Source: Guillardia theta CCMP2712 (taxonomy: Eukaryota > Protista > Cryptophyta). Taken from it: DNA of 64,000 nucleotides. Below the pieces are notes generated by a model. The model did no database searches. It was not told where the DNA came from and saw only the letters and a list, made by a program, of their open reading frames with translations. Shown here piece after piece: positions 42,371 through 54,180 of the stretch. The translations under genes were made by a program, and so were the position numbers. Location of the stretch: positions 199,713-263,712 of the forward strand of contig NW_005434579.1 of the NCBI RefSeq assembly GCF_000315625.1, given 5' to 3'. Each line of letters begins with the position of its first letter. Positions within the stretch are counted from its first letter, which is position 1.

Positions 42371-43199
42371 GACATGAATCATGATGGTGTGTTAATGACG
42401 ACAACTCGATTTATACCCGCAATCTAAACAATCAAATGTTTAGTTATTCGAAAATTCTTGAGACGTGTTATTGTTGTAGGTGAAAAATGAGGATGAAAAA
42501 ACACCAAAATGTCAAAGATAGAGTCTCAGAATGGAGAACATCTGACGGTGAGAAGAGAGGACGGCATCTAGAGAAATACAGCAAGAATGGAATGGAGGTT
42601 GTGCTTGTTACAGAAAGTTATCCAGGGCAAGCATCAGAAACATTGAGTTCAGAGGAAGATTTTCACTCAGCATCGGTGGGAAAATATGAATCGAAGGAAA
42701 AGTTAAGAGGAGGAAGGAGGAGTCGTTAGGAGGAACGATGGATGCAGACTTCGGGGGGCGGGGGGGGGGAGAGGGGATGGAGGGGACGGAAGGAGAAAGA
42801 GGTTCAGGACTCAGGAGGAGAACAAGGAGGCAGGAGGAGAACAGGGAGGCAGGAGGAGGAGGAGGAGGAGGAGGGAGGACGGAATGTATGACTGTCTCTG
42901 CTCTGAGACGCGAGCGCCTCTGGGCATGACCATAGCACGAGGGGAGGTAGGAAGTGGGGAATATAGACTACCCTACCCATGTCCAGGTCTATCATTGGGA
43001 GAGTACCCCACCTTTTCCCTTCCTTCTACCCATTTTTTTACGCGATACCCCACCCCTTCTTGGGATAACAATTGAATCTTGCAGGACCTTCTACTAGGGA
43101 TCTGTCTAGCACCAGGTACTAGGGATCCTAGGGATATTCCACCTGTCCCAGCTCACTGATGAGTCAGGGAGGGCCTGGGCTGTCGACTTCTGTCAGGGT

Positions 43200-43825
43200 C
43201 AAGCAATTACTACTCAAAGTTAAGTTAAAATCAGTACGAGCACCTTTACTACTCAAAGTTTAAGTCAAAGAAATACTGAGTACTACGAGGCCTCTCGATG
43301 ATCGGCTCGACATCGCTGGCATGGCCGCCGCGCGGGGGACTTGTCCTGCGCGCCGTTAAGTGAAGGTATCAGTTAAGTTTGGGGGACAGCAGTTGGCAGG
43401 AATAGGTTTGGTTCTCGCTGTCTTTTCTCTCCTCGCCGTTCGGCGCCTGTGCGACTCTCACAGAGTGTCAGAGTAAAGATTGGGTCAAGCTCAAGCCTCC
43501 TCGCCGGCCTCTCCTGATTGTCCTCGTATCACCACTGGCGCCCGGCGGTGCCGGCGGAAAGGACGGTACGTGACCGGTCGTGACCCGGCGGACGGCCCGG
43601 TATGGCCCAGTGCCCGGCGGTCCGCTGCGGCACTGCGCGGCGGCCGGGGGGGCGCGCCCGGGGGCCGGGCCGCCCGGCCCGGGGGGCGGCCGGTGGGCGG
43701 TGGGCAGCGAGTCAGTGGGAACTTGACCGTACCGTAACTTAGTAACGGCGTCGTACTCCGGGCCGCCGCCGGTTCGCCGCCCGCCCGGCGGGATCGGACC
43801 GTGCGTGACCGTCGTGAGACTCATT
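43200..43825. repeat. GC-rich island with motif copies (43211-43270) and an inverted repeat-body copy (~43396-43530)
   Basis: Direct sequence match to 1156-1268 plus 1622-1645. Confidence 0.8.
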
Positions 43826-46229
43826 ACGTTCGCTTATAGCTTTAGTTAATTCTCGATCCTGTCCTTCTGGTACTAATCATGGACACGGCTCTAATTGCAA
43901 TTTGTACCAGTCCTTCCCCCCCTGATGGCGCCTGGGGGTCTTCTGCCCTTGCCTGGAGTAGACCCCACCCTCACTCTCCCATGGGAAAAGAGTAGGTCGG
44001 GTGGGCGACTTGGCTGGGGCAAGGGTAGGTTGTGAACCTTTTATTCCAAGTATTTGCATGCAGAAATTTGTATCGGCGGCGTGCTATTCTTAGATTCAAA
44101 CTGTACTGCATGACGACAATAAAATCAATTCTACACGCCTTCGTGGTACAAGAACAGTACCGAAAATCCTATCGACCCACCCATGCTTTTCTCTGTTGGA
44201 TACAGCAGGCATAACCCCTGGTCAGAGGCGTGTATTCAAAATTTGAACTTTAACGTAAGGTACCCACCCTTGCTCATGTGTCATAATTCCCTAAAACAGG
44301 AGGGTGGTCGATACGGCACTCAATCTTGGGATCAGGGGGTGGGTGGTAAGGAATCCCCAACCCATCCCTCCCTCTCGATGCATGATGAATGTTGCCCATC
44401 CAGCGACCATCAGGCTACTGAAAGATGCCAAGACCAACATGGTGACAAAGGTCAAACATGAGAATCAAAGATGGTGGGTTTGAGTGGTATGCATGCTCAC
44501 TTTGCAACTCTGATACTTTAGTGACAGATCCTGCTTCCCGGCGAGCAGTCATCGTGCATGGATCAGGATGCCCAAAGCTCTGCCCTTTTCAACGCTGCAC
44601 TTGCACATATTACATGTGGTGATGCACTCAGGTTGGCATTGCTACTCCACATACAGGTTGATGACAGACGTTATATTGTCTAGATTGTTTAGAACCCCAA
44701 TTCCAGCTTGAACAACATTGTTGAAGACGTGCAAACTGTTAGCGGCAATCTGTTTCTCAAAAACAGATCCCATCACGAATCACGGTGAGGCTGAGATCAA
44801 GTGAAGATTGATCTTCTCATGTTTGTGTATCAGGTAAGCATCGTGCATCCACATGAACAAGCAACACGGCATTTTTTTCCTTGGCACCTTCCTTCCTAGC
44901 AGAACAATGAACACATGTAAGATATTACATGCTCGTGACGATATCGACAGCAGACAAGTTTTACGACAAAAGAAAATTATGTAGGGATGATCTAAGTGTA
45001 TCGAATACTTGCTGTTGGTGCTCAACATGTGGAGAAAAGACGATTTGAATGAATTCATGAGAATTCATGACAGTGGATCACTTCTGAAGCAACGTATCTC
45101 AATGTTGCATACATAGCTTGACTTCATATCCTTACATCGTGAGAGTTGACAACCTGTATGGAGTGAGCTTTTCTGCGTCACATCATCATGCTGAGATCTG
45201 CATGCAACTTTCCAGCGCAGTTGCAGAGTCATGTGCACAGGAGTTCTCTTGCAAGTAAACTAATTCCAAATCATGCTTAATGAAATGCGTACCGTCTGTT
45301 GATGCCTTGACCGAGAACAATCGTGTTACAGAGTATTGCTACTCGCTGCATGCGAAGCTGCTACTGTCTACAACACTCTAGAGTTCTGAACATCATATCA
45401 GTCCACAGCATGCAGGTTGCAAGGTTCCGAACGAACCGCGCTTCAAAGCAGGGCCATGAGCTTTGAATCGTGCTTGATAGAACACGTACACTCAGCTCAG
45501 TTCATGCTTTCGTGACCCTAGTTGGATGTTCATACACCTTGCCAATGCCCGTGAAACATGTTGCCGCTCCCATTCAAATGTATACTGTAAATCTGAGGCA
45601 CAAAATTTCTAACATCAAATATCTTGAACTATGCAAAATCAAAATCCTTGATTACACTATGATGAGGCAAGAGCAGGATGCTCGTTGTCCCATCTTGTTT
45701 GTGAGGGCACGAGTGAAGGTTGAGCTGCTTTGACAAACAGCACTGGATATCTAGTGCAATACTTTACATCTCAAGCATTTGTTTATTGATAAAACATAAC
45801 ATTGTCGACTATGCGAATGAAAAATCATCACAGCAACACTTGGATGGTGCTTGATTCTGAACTTGCAAGATTAGATTACGATAATGATGATTGTATTCAC
45901 AAAAGCAACACAACGACCGTGCTATCAAGATATCTCATCGACATTAACTTCGAATCTTGATGGTCTATCCGTCTTCGTCATTGATTAGCGTTGTGCATAT
46001 CCCTGCACCATCGCGAGAGGGCTGAAGGGAGGGGGGGGGGGCTCGGGGGGTCTACCATCATAAAATGCTGGACTCTTAAAAGTATTGTAATTTGTACCAT
46101 TAAAACAAATAAATTAGTATTACAGGACCCACCCCTGTGCATTTCCCTCTTCAAACTCTACCACGCCTGTATCAGAGCCCCACAGGAAAAAGAACCCCAA
46201 AACCAACAAGCGAACGTAATGCTCAGTGC

Positions 46230-47060
46230 GGCATGCCGGGCCTCGGACAGGCCACTCCCGGAGCCGCTCGGAGTCGGCGTGACCGGGTGACGGCCGCCGC
46301 CGGATATTATGATGGATCTTGTATTAGAGCCCAGCGGGGGCTTGCCGAGCGCAAAACTGACCGTCCGACTCCCGAAATTGTAACTCGGCTGAGTGTTCCA
46401 ATGGAACGGTAGTACTCCATTCCGGCGGCGACCGTATTCGCCGATGATGGAATGATCTGTATGTGACTCGTGACTACGGTAGTAAGCCTGGGCGGAGGGG
46501 GACGGTCCTGTCTTCTCTTCTCCCTCTCTCTTCCTCACACAGTGCCCGCCTGGCCCAACGGCCCGGCCCGGGCCCCGGGCCCGGCGCCCGGCGGACCGGC
46601 GCGCCGCCGTGACCGCCTCCCCGGCGGGGGGGCCCTGGCGCCGGGAGTCGACCGGGCTTGAGGGGGGGCGTGGGCGCCGGGCCGGGCCGGGCTAACCAGG
46701 GGGTTTTCAGTTTTTCTTTTATGGGGAGCTTTGGATTTTTAAACGGGCCAAAAGCAGGCGCGTGCGGGGCTGCCGGTCGTCGCAGGTCCCTTCCGGCCGC
46801 GGGCAGCGCCGCGGCCGGGCCGCCGGGCCCCGGCACTCCGTGGCACTGACTGGCACCGGCACACGGCGGTCGCGGGCCCCGGGGCTCGGACTGGGGCCGC
46901 ACGCCCGCGGCCGTTCAAGTGACAGCCCGCCGCAGTGGTGGAGGCGCCGGGCGCGGCTCACTCGGACTGCAGCCTGCGGCACCGGCCGGGCCGCGCGCCG
47001 CCGGTCACCGTGCCGCAGCCGGCCGCCGCGCCGGGGCGGCCGCGCCGCGGACCGTGGCGA
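46230..47060. other. GC-rich non-coding intergenic island with an internal AT-rich core (46705-46755)
   Basis: Composition matches the other islands. Confidence 0.7.
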
Positions 47061-48628
47061 AGATTACCCTCATCCTCCCTCAGGCCCATGTATTGACTGA
47101 ACAGCCACGTGAAGCTCCACAGCTCCAAGTATCCTCGAAGAGCCATCCCCGCAGCTCTTCGTGAATCAGGCTCTTGGAGGGGTTCACATTTTTCATAAAT
47201 TAAGTTTAATATTTGAAAGTTAGTCCATAATTTGCTCTCTGGAAGAGGATATTTTCGAATATAGCACTGCGATTTCGTCTGATGAAATCGGCTGGAGCCC
47301 CAAATGTGGATAGGAGGCGTGAGGAGGTCTGGATAGAATACCCCCCTGTCGGAAGCATTCGTGTCCCTTAGTCGCAATGCTCGCGTCTTCGCTCAAGTTC
47401 ATCCCCCTTGTCGGCCAGGTATGGCGAGGAGGAAGGAGAAGGAGGAGTGATATCTGGACATGAGATGGAGTGGGAGAGAGTGCTGATTGATGATGAATGG
47501 ATGTGAAAGTTTTTCTGTCGAAGAGTTGTTTCAAATAGAAGACGAGGATGATTCTGCGGTTGTGTGAGATCTGGATGGAAGAAGGAGGGTTGGAGAATGG
47601 TTGGTGTTCTTGTGATTGAGAGCATTTGCAAATGTTTGATTGATATTTGACAAATTTGGAGTGTCCTTGAGCCGGAAAGTAATTTCCAGAGGTGAACTTG
47701 AGCTGTGGACGTCTTGATGATTCTTGAAATGTTACTGCATCGGGTGCAAACCTTTGAGCGACATGATGTTTATCTTCGAATTTGTTTTTTTGTGTGATGC
47801 TCTATTTTTTCGATGTGAAATGTGTGGTTGCAAAATGATAACCAAGTTGAGTTGATGTTCCGAGAGATCGTCTCACTGTGACTCTTCGGACCCAAAGCAA
47901 TTTCGTGCGACTTCTTCACCCAGTTCTCTCGAATGGATGTGTTTCTGTTCATTTACACTTTTGTCTTTTTGTTCGTTTACAATTTTGTCTTCCTGTTCAT
48001 TTGCACTTGATTTCATTGATCTTGACTGGGAATATTCTGACTGCCTCTGGGTAGAGCACTGAGCTCGCTATCGCTCAGCCCGTTCACTTCGAGATGCTCG
48101 CCGACAACGATGGCACTTGCGTAAGTTCCCTACGCACTCGTGAGAGACGTGCCTGATGTGCTGGCAGAACTCCATGCCCGGATGGGATCCTCTCCACATC
48201 TGGAACCCCCGCGACTACCACGAGGATCCTGACTGCCGCCTTAACCCGATGTACCAGCAGCGCGGCATGGGCGTCGGTGCCTCCTACGGTGGCAAGTACT
48301 AAATCTTGCTAGTTGGCACCTGTACTTGAACAGAATCTCATTTTGCAGCATTTGAAGTGAAATTGTCTTAACGCACCTCAGTCTTGTAGAGAACTGTCTC
48401 AATGATTGACATGATGGCACCATTGCTGTTCCGAAGTTTGCGGGGTATAGTCTGTGCTTGCACGCAGACTCAATCACGCTATCCTTCAAATGTTTACATA
48501 TTTCACCTGAATGTGAGGATACAGTCATACAGTCGGACCCCGGATTATTAGTCCACTCCACTCGTAGTCACTGCCCCATTGTTGATCCGATCGGGATTTG
48601 AAGTTTATTTACAAGTATTATACATCAT

Positions 48629-49987
48629 CTACGGGTGGATGTTGACCGAGATAAACTCGCACGAGGGAGGAGCTGAGAAAGCTTTCGAAGCGAGCATCCA
48701 ATGAAGCATGTCCCTGGAGAACCTGTAGACAGGAGTAGACTTCTCTAGCATCTGGAAAAACTCTTCCCTCTTCGCCTCCTTCAACGATCTTGCAGCCATG
48801 GTGGTCAGCTCCGTCTCCCTGTAGAACTCGTCCAGGCTCTGCACCTGGATCGCGATCCCCGTGCCCTTCCACATCACAGCAGAGATGTGATGCGAGTCCA
48901 CCTGAGAGATCAGCTCCAGCTGCCTCGTCTTGTCACTGACAGGAAGAGCAAGACTTCGGAGCTCTGAGTCACGGAAGCAGAGCGTTCGGATGCGCCTGTG
49001 GAGCATTTCCACCTTCTCGGGCGTCTCCACCAGGAGGCGGATGTGGTACATGTTGTCAAAGAGGTCGTCGCTGGCCCTGGCTTCTGGGTCTTCCACCTCG
49101 AAGATGCTGTCAGCGATCTGCTTCCACAGCTCGTTGCTTGGCTTCGCATGCATCATCACTCGGTGCAGCCCATAGTTGTTGCGCTCAAGAGCATCGAACT
49201 CAACCGCGTGATTCACCACCTTAACCGGCTTCCAGGCACCCTCCGAGTTGACGGCAAGACCATCAATCTGGTTCTCTGCAAGCTCCATGCTCACGGCACC
49301 CTTGGTCAAGGTGGACAGGGGGACGATCTCCGTGAGCTTGAACTCTAGCCCATCATCCGACTTGGCTGTAACGGTACTCCTGCACTCGAATTTCTCCTCC
49401 GACAGCACTGCCGTTATCAGATGTGCCAGCTGCACCATGGTCCTCTGTCCCTCGTTGTAGAAGGTAGCCACCTCATCCCTCACCCGGTTTATCTCCGAGT
49501 ATGAGAAGTCCAGGTCATGGTGTTTGCTGGGACACTCCAGGGCCGCAATGGCCGTGTTATGAATCTGAGCCACCACAGACTGCAGGATCGGCTCCTGCAC
49601 GATAGCGTTGGCCCCAATGCTTGACCGCCTCCTGATCTCATGGCCGACAGCTCGTCGTGATCTGCATCGGATGCCCATGTTTCCCCTGTTGTCAATGACA
49701 GCTGTCTCCCTCTTGGTGCTTTTGACTTCCCCCTGGATCGACTGCACGAAGCTCACACCTGCCTGATCGGGGGACTGCTGGTAGTTGAACTCATCCGCAT
49801 GGGGCTTCGTAGCAACGCGGCAGACAAGCTTCTTCGCTCCAGTGCTGCACTGCTTGGCTTGCGGGCCGGACAGAGACAACAGATGGCCCGCGCCGCTCGA
49901 GGAAAAGCCATGGAAGCCTCGTGTGCACGGTGCCATGGTGGACACCAGGCACACTGCTAGGAGACCCTTGATGGAAGAAGAACCCAT
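48629..49987 (-). CDS. Plastid-targeted intronless protein, degenerate RelA/SpoT-synthetase-like fold; paralog A
   Basis: 452-aa ORF with hydrophobic leader ending TRG-F and a Ser/Arg/Lys-rich transit region. Clearly homologous to 52598-53935. The fold assignment is inferred from motif order only. Confidence 0.8.
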   Translation of the reverse strand: MGSSSIKGLLAVCLVSTMAPCTRGFHGFSSSGAGHLLSLSGPQAKQCSTGAKKLVCRVATKPHADEFNYQQSPDQAGVSFVQSIQGEVKSTKRETAVIDNRGNMGIRCRSRRAVGHEIRRRSSIGANAIVQEPILQSVVAQIHNTAIAALECPSKHHDLDFSYSEINRVRDEVATFYNEGQRTMVQLAHLITAVLSEEKFECRSTVTAKSDDGLEFKLTEIVPLSTLTKGAVSMELAENQIDGLAVNSEGAWKPVKVVNHAVEFDALERNNYGLHRVMMHAKPSNELWKQIADSIFEVEDPEARASDDLFDNMYHIRLLVETPEKVEMLHRRIRTLCFRDSELRSLALPVSDKTRQLELISQVDSHHISAVMWKGTGIAIQVQSLDEFYRETELTTMAARSLKEAKREEFFQMLEKSTPVYRFSRDMLHWMLASKAFSAPPSCEFISVNIHP

Positions 49988-52597
49988 TGTCGACTAGGCG
50001 CCGGCGATCAACCTGGCACAACGTTGTGAGAACAGAGATATCCATTGCTCGGTGAAGGCTGAAGGTCACTGTGATCAGTGTACTACGAAGGGTTCATCTC
50101 CCTTGTTCCTGAAGGGGAAGCACGGAACTTGTCACTGTCCTACTACCGACTGAGATCGTTGTAACATGAAAATAGTAGTTGCAAACTTTCAGATAATCCA
50201 GCAATGAGCAGCCTAACAGCCTTTTGCGGTTTACAACCAGAATTTTCGAATTCCACCAAGATCTTTCATTTCTCTCGATGAGCATACTGGAGTTTACCAG
50301 AACGATCTCAAATATGAGTACAATATTTCATGTCGTGTAGATATCGATAATAGTGAACTATATCTGCTCTTCTCTACTGATCCCCTTCCTCTGACCATAT
50401 CCTGTCCTGGCGGCTGCTCCTGCTCCTGCTCCTGCTGCTACTTGCCCTGCTCTGTAGCTCAGTATGCTCGAGACATTCCTGCTATTACTGCATGTTTTAG
50501 CTTCTGCATCGCCATTCCTCTCACTCTTTAGGGTGTCTGCCTGCCCTTGGCTTCTACCGTACTGTGATTATTTCCGCCATTGATAAGCACGCCTTCAGAG
50601 AAGGTCGAACGAGTGCTTAGGGATAGGGGTAGGGATATCGCAGGCAAAAATAAGGGTAGGGGTGCTTTCAGGTTCTCTGTTCCCAGGGTAGGGGTGTAGG
50701 TGCTTAGTGGGGGTAGGGGTAGATATCCGCAATTGGGTGCAGTGGTAGTGAATTACCACTGGGTGGGGTACTTTCTTTGCGCCCGGATGCACCCGGTAGA
50801 TGTCCTTATGTTGCAAGGGTAGGTGTGAGAATGTCAAATAAGGTGGGTACATTTCATTCTCCAAGGGGTGGGGTTCTTCTTGGGAAGGGGGTGTATACTC
50901 GGGATGAAAATCCATGTACTGCAGGGTGGGGTCATGAAAGGAAAGGAGCGGGTGGAGAGGCATTGGGTTCTCCCGGGTGGTACCCCTATGTGATCCTGGA
51001 TTCCATCATATCTTGAACAAGAAAGAGGGGGTAGGGGGTGGTACTGTATTTGGACCTAGAGCCTGCAACAGGTGTAAAAGACAGTTATAAATTACAGCGA
51101 CGCAGTCATAAACTTTGAAACTGAGAGTCCTTAATTTTGAAAGATAAAAAGAACATTTGAAACCTAGGATAAGACTGTACACCTCCAGGAGATGCAAGCT
51201 CACGTCTTTTCAGCTAAGGGAATTTATTAGCTCGGGCGGGCCGGGAAAAGCTGTCGGGCCGACTGAGATCACTCGGAGAAGACAGGACTCTTCTGTTGGT
51301 TATGAGCCTTTTGACCGCGGTATCTCACTGTTTTACTACAGGAAATACCAACGGCGCCTCAGCTCTGAATGGACCCATGTTTACAACGTTTCCGTTTAAA
51401 CCTCGCACTTTAATTGCTAAATTTAGGTCTCCGTCTAAATCGAGCAGCATCGTTTCCGTTAGAAGGTACGGGTACGCAAATGATGAGTACTGGTGGTTAT
51501 ACCAGAACATCGCTGGAAGATAACGGGTAGGGCCAAAAGCTGTAGTCCATGGGGTGGTATTCGGACGCAAAGTTTCTTGTCGATTTCCATGTAAATATGA
51601 ACACCCCCTCTTTTTACCAGGTAATGTGGGGTCCTTGAAGGACAGGGTGGCACGGGTCAAAGGGTCTGCAACAGTTTGAACGAGGATGTCTCAATATAGT
51701 TTTTGTTTGCCCCATACCGCGAGGTTTGGGGTAAGTTGGTCTGATCTCCGGGGGACACTTACCTGAACAGATGCGACTATTCACTTCTATCTTGTCAAAG
51801 ACTACGAGTTCGTGTCGTTTAGAACCTTATAAAAGCTTTTTATATGGTAATCGTTCTTGTATCGTAGGCCTTTCGTCATCATTCAGCCGCATGCGAGTAT
51901 TAAATTGATTTTAAAATGATTTAGCAGCCACTCATACCCAAATTTAGATACGATTCCTTTGGTTCCAAGAGCCGTTTTCGGGGGTGGGTGTAAAGAGTAC
52001 CCACGTCTTATACCTATTCCCCAGGTTCTTTCGGGGGTGGGTCCGAAGATGTACCCCTTTACTGCCTCGCTTCAGACTGCAACAACCGTTTTTAGAACCT
52101 GGTTCAAATTTTCGATCAACATTTTCGAACAGTTGAACAAATGTGTTCAATACATTTGAAATAAATAGACCATTTTGAAGAATGTTAACAAAATTTCCAC
52201 TTTTCAATGGTCATATGCCCACTCAGTACAAGTCATTTTACACTTCTCTTTAAATGTTATTAGAGACGTTTTAAAACAAATGAGCCTCCTTTTAAAAACT
52301 GCTTTTAAGTGACGGGCTGTAGACAGCTGCGCCGAGTGACATGGCGAGGGAATAAGGAAGTGGAGGGGAGCAGACGAGCGAGAAAGACAAGAAGAGGAAG
52401 AGCGATCTAGTGGGCAGCAGCACAACAGAGATACAGAGAGACATAGCAAGCGTTAGAGACAGATAGGAACGTAGACGTACCTGCTCGGAGCACGAAAGGT
52501 ACAGGTTGGGAGCTTTGCAGAGGACGGAAATACACTCTGCGATTGCTGAGGAATAGCGGTTATCTGATACCCACGAATTAGTCCAACTACATTGAAC

Positions 52598-53935
52598 ATG
52601 AAGAAATCTTTCCTTCTCACAATGGCCCTTGCACCTTGGATTGGATGTGTTGCCTTCTCGCCGCAGCTACCATCCTTAGCCCGTCGAAGGACGATGCAGG
52701 GAGCAGGACGGGGGAGGGACCATTTGAACTTGGTGTCGCAAGTCGCAACAAAGGGGAAAGTCACAAAGAATGCCTACAACATCTGGCAACATTCCTTCGG
52801 CTTTGATAGGGAGGAGCTCAAGGATGTCGTTCGGCCGAACCCGGTCCAGCAAGGGATCGACAGTGTGCTGCGGGGAATGAATGCCGGGCATGGAGTTCGT
52901 TTCCGCGTACACAGGGCCATCGGCCATGAAATCCGCAGAAGGGCGCACATTGGGCATGCGTCATTGTTCTCTCCCCCTGTCTTGCAGTCTGTGGTCAACC
53001 AGATCCACGAGGCAGCGCTCAAGGCGTTGAGCTCGCCGTCGGAGAAGAGCGACCTTGAATTCTCCTACGCGGAGATTGCTCTGGTCAGGGATGAGGTCGA
53101 GAACTGTTGCTGCGAGGGCCAGAAGACCATGGCGCAGCTTGCCCAGCTCCTGGCTCACCGGCTGAGCCTTGGCAAGTACGAATGCAGGAGTACCGTGACA
53201 GCATCTGCGGGCCACGGGCTTCAGTTCAAGCTGACCGAGACTGTGCCGACGCCTGTGGTGATCGACGAGCATGACGGGCTTGCTCTTGCTCAGCGCCAGA
53301 TCGACGGTCTAGCGGTGCAGTCGAAAGGAGCATGGAAGTCAGTGGAGCTAGTGGATCACTCAGTGGAGTTCGATGCCACGGAGAGCAACACAGCGGGTCT
53401 GCATCGGGTCATGATGCATGCGAAGCCGAGCAAGGACTTGTGGCGACTCGTGGCCGACAGCCTGTTCGAAATCGACGACCCTGACGCCGAGCCGCTGGTG
53501 GAGGATCACAACATGTACCACATCAAGCTTCTGGTCGAGACCCCCGAGCTTGTCGAGCAGCTGCATCGCTCCCTCCGCACGATTATCTTCCAGGACTCGG
53601 AGCTCCGCGACCTGTCGCTTCCTGTCGCAGACTCCACGAGGCAGCTGGAGCTGATCTCTCAGGTGGACTCGCATCACATCTCTGCTGTGATGTGGAAGGA
53701 GACGGGAATCGCGATCCAGGTGCAGAGCCTGGACGAGTTCTACAGGGAGACGGAGCTGACGACCATGGCGAACCGGGCGAAGAGGAGGGCGAAGCGGGAG
53801 GAGGCGTACCGCAGGCTGGAGAAGAAGACTCCCATCTACCGCTTCTCTCGCAGCATCTTGCAGTGGATGCTTGCTTCGAGGACGTTGTCATCTCCGCCAT
53901 CGTGCGATTCCATCTCAGTGAGTCTGCACCCTTGA
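52598..53935 (+). CDS. Plastid-targeted intronless protein, degenerate RelA/SpoT-synthetase-like fold; paralog B
   Basis: 445-aa ORF with signal peptide MKKSFLLTMALAPWIGCVA-F; colinear with paralog A through to the shared C-terminal ...ISVxxHP*. Confidence 0.8.
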   Translation: MKKSFLLTMALAPWIGCVAFSPQLPSLARRRTMQGAGRGRDHLNLVSQVATKGKVTKNAYNIWQHSFGFDREELKDVVRPNPVQQGIDSVLRGMNAGHGVRFRVHRAIGHEIRRRAHIGHASLFSPPVLQSVVNQIHEAALKALSSPSEKSDLEFSYAEIALVRDEVENCCCEGQKTMAQLAQLLAHRLSLGKYECRSTVTASAGHGLQFKLTETVPTPVVIDEHDGLALAQRQIDGLAVQSKGAWKSVELVDHSVEFDATESNTAGLHRVMMHAKPSKDLWRLVADSLFEIDDPDAEPLVEDHNMYHIKLLVETPELVEQLHRSLRTIIFQDSELRDLSLPVADSTRQLELISQVDSHHISAVMWKETGIAIQVQSLDEFYRETELTTMANRAKRRAKREEAYRRLEKKTPIYRFSRSILQWMLASRTLSSPPSCDSISVSLHP

Positions 53936-54180
53936 AAGCAGCAGACTTGTACACTACTTGCTAGATTAGAGTTACTTGAATCAATGAAACATGATCAAAT
54001 CTCATTCGCACCCTCGTTCTTTGCCTGCGATGTTGTAACATGGCCGGTCTGTTAGTAAAATGATAATTCTTTTTGTGATCGTGAGAATATATTACTATGC
54101 TGGTGAGACATTCATTACTTTGATAGGGTTGTCGATTTGCCGCTGCTCTCCTGTTCATTTCTAGCATTCGAATCTTCCGG

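Noticed and set aside
44380-48560. Probable short-exon genes at ~44380-44800, 45000-45980 and 47130-48560
   Set aside because: No recognisable motifs or reliable exon chain, so they were not called.
51459-51653. KRGGVHIY as a primase-polymerase motif
   Set aside because: A single short motif in a 64-aa ORF with no supporting context.
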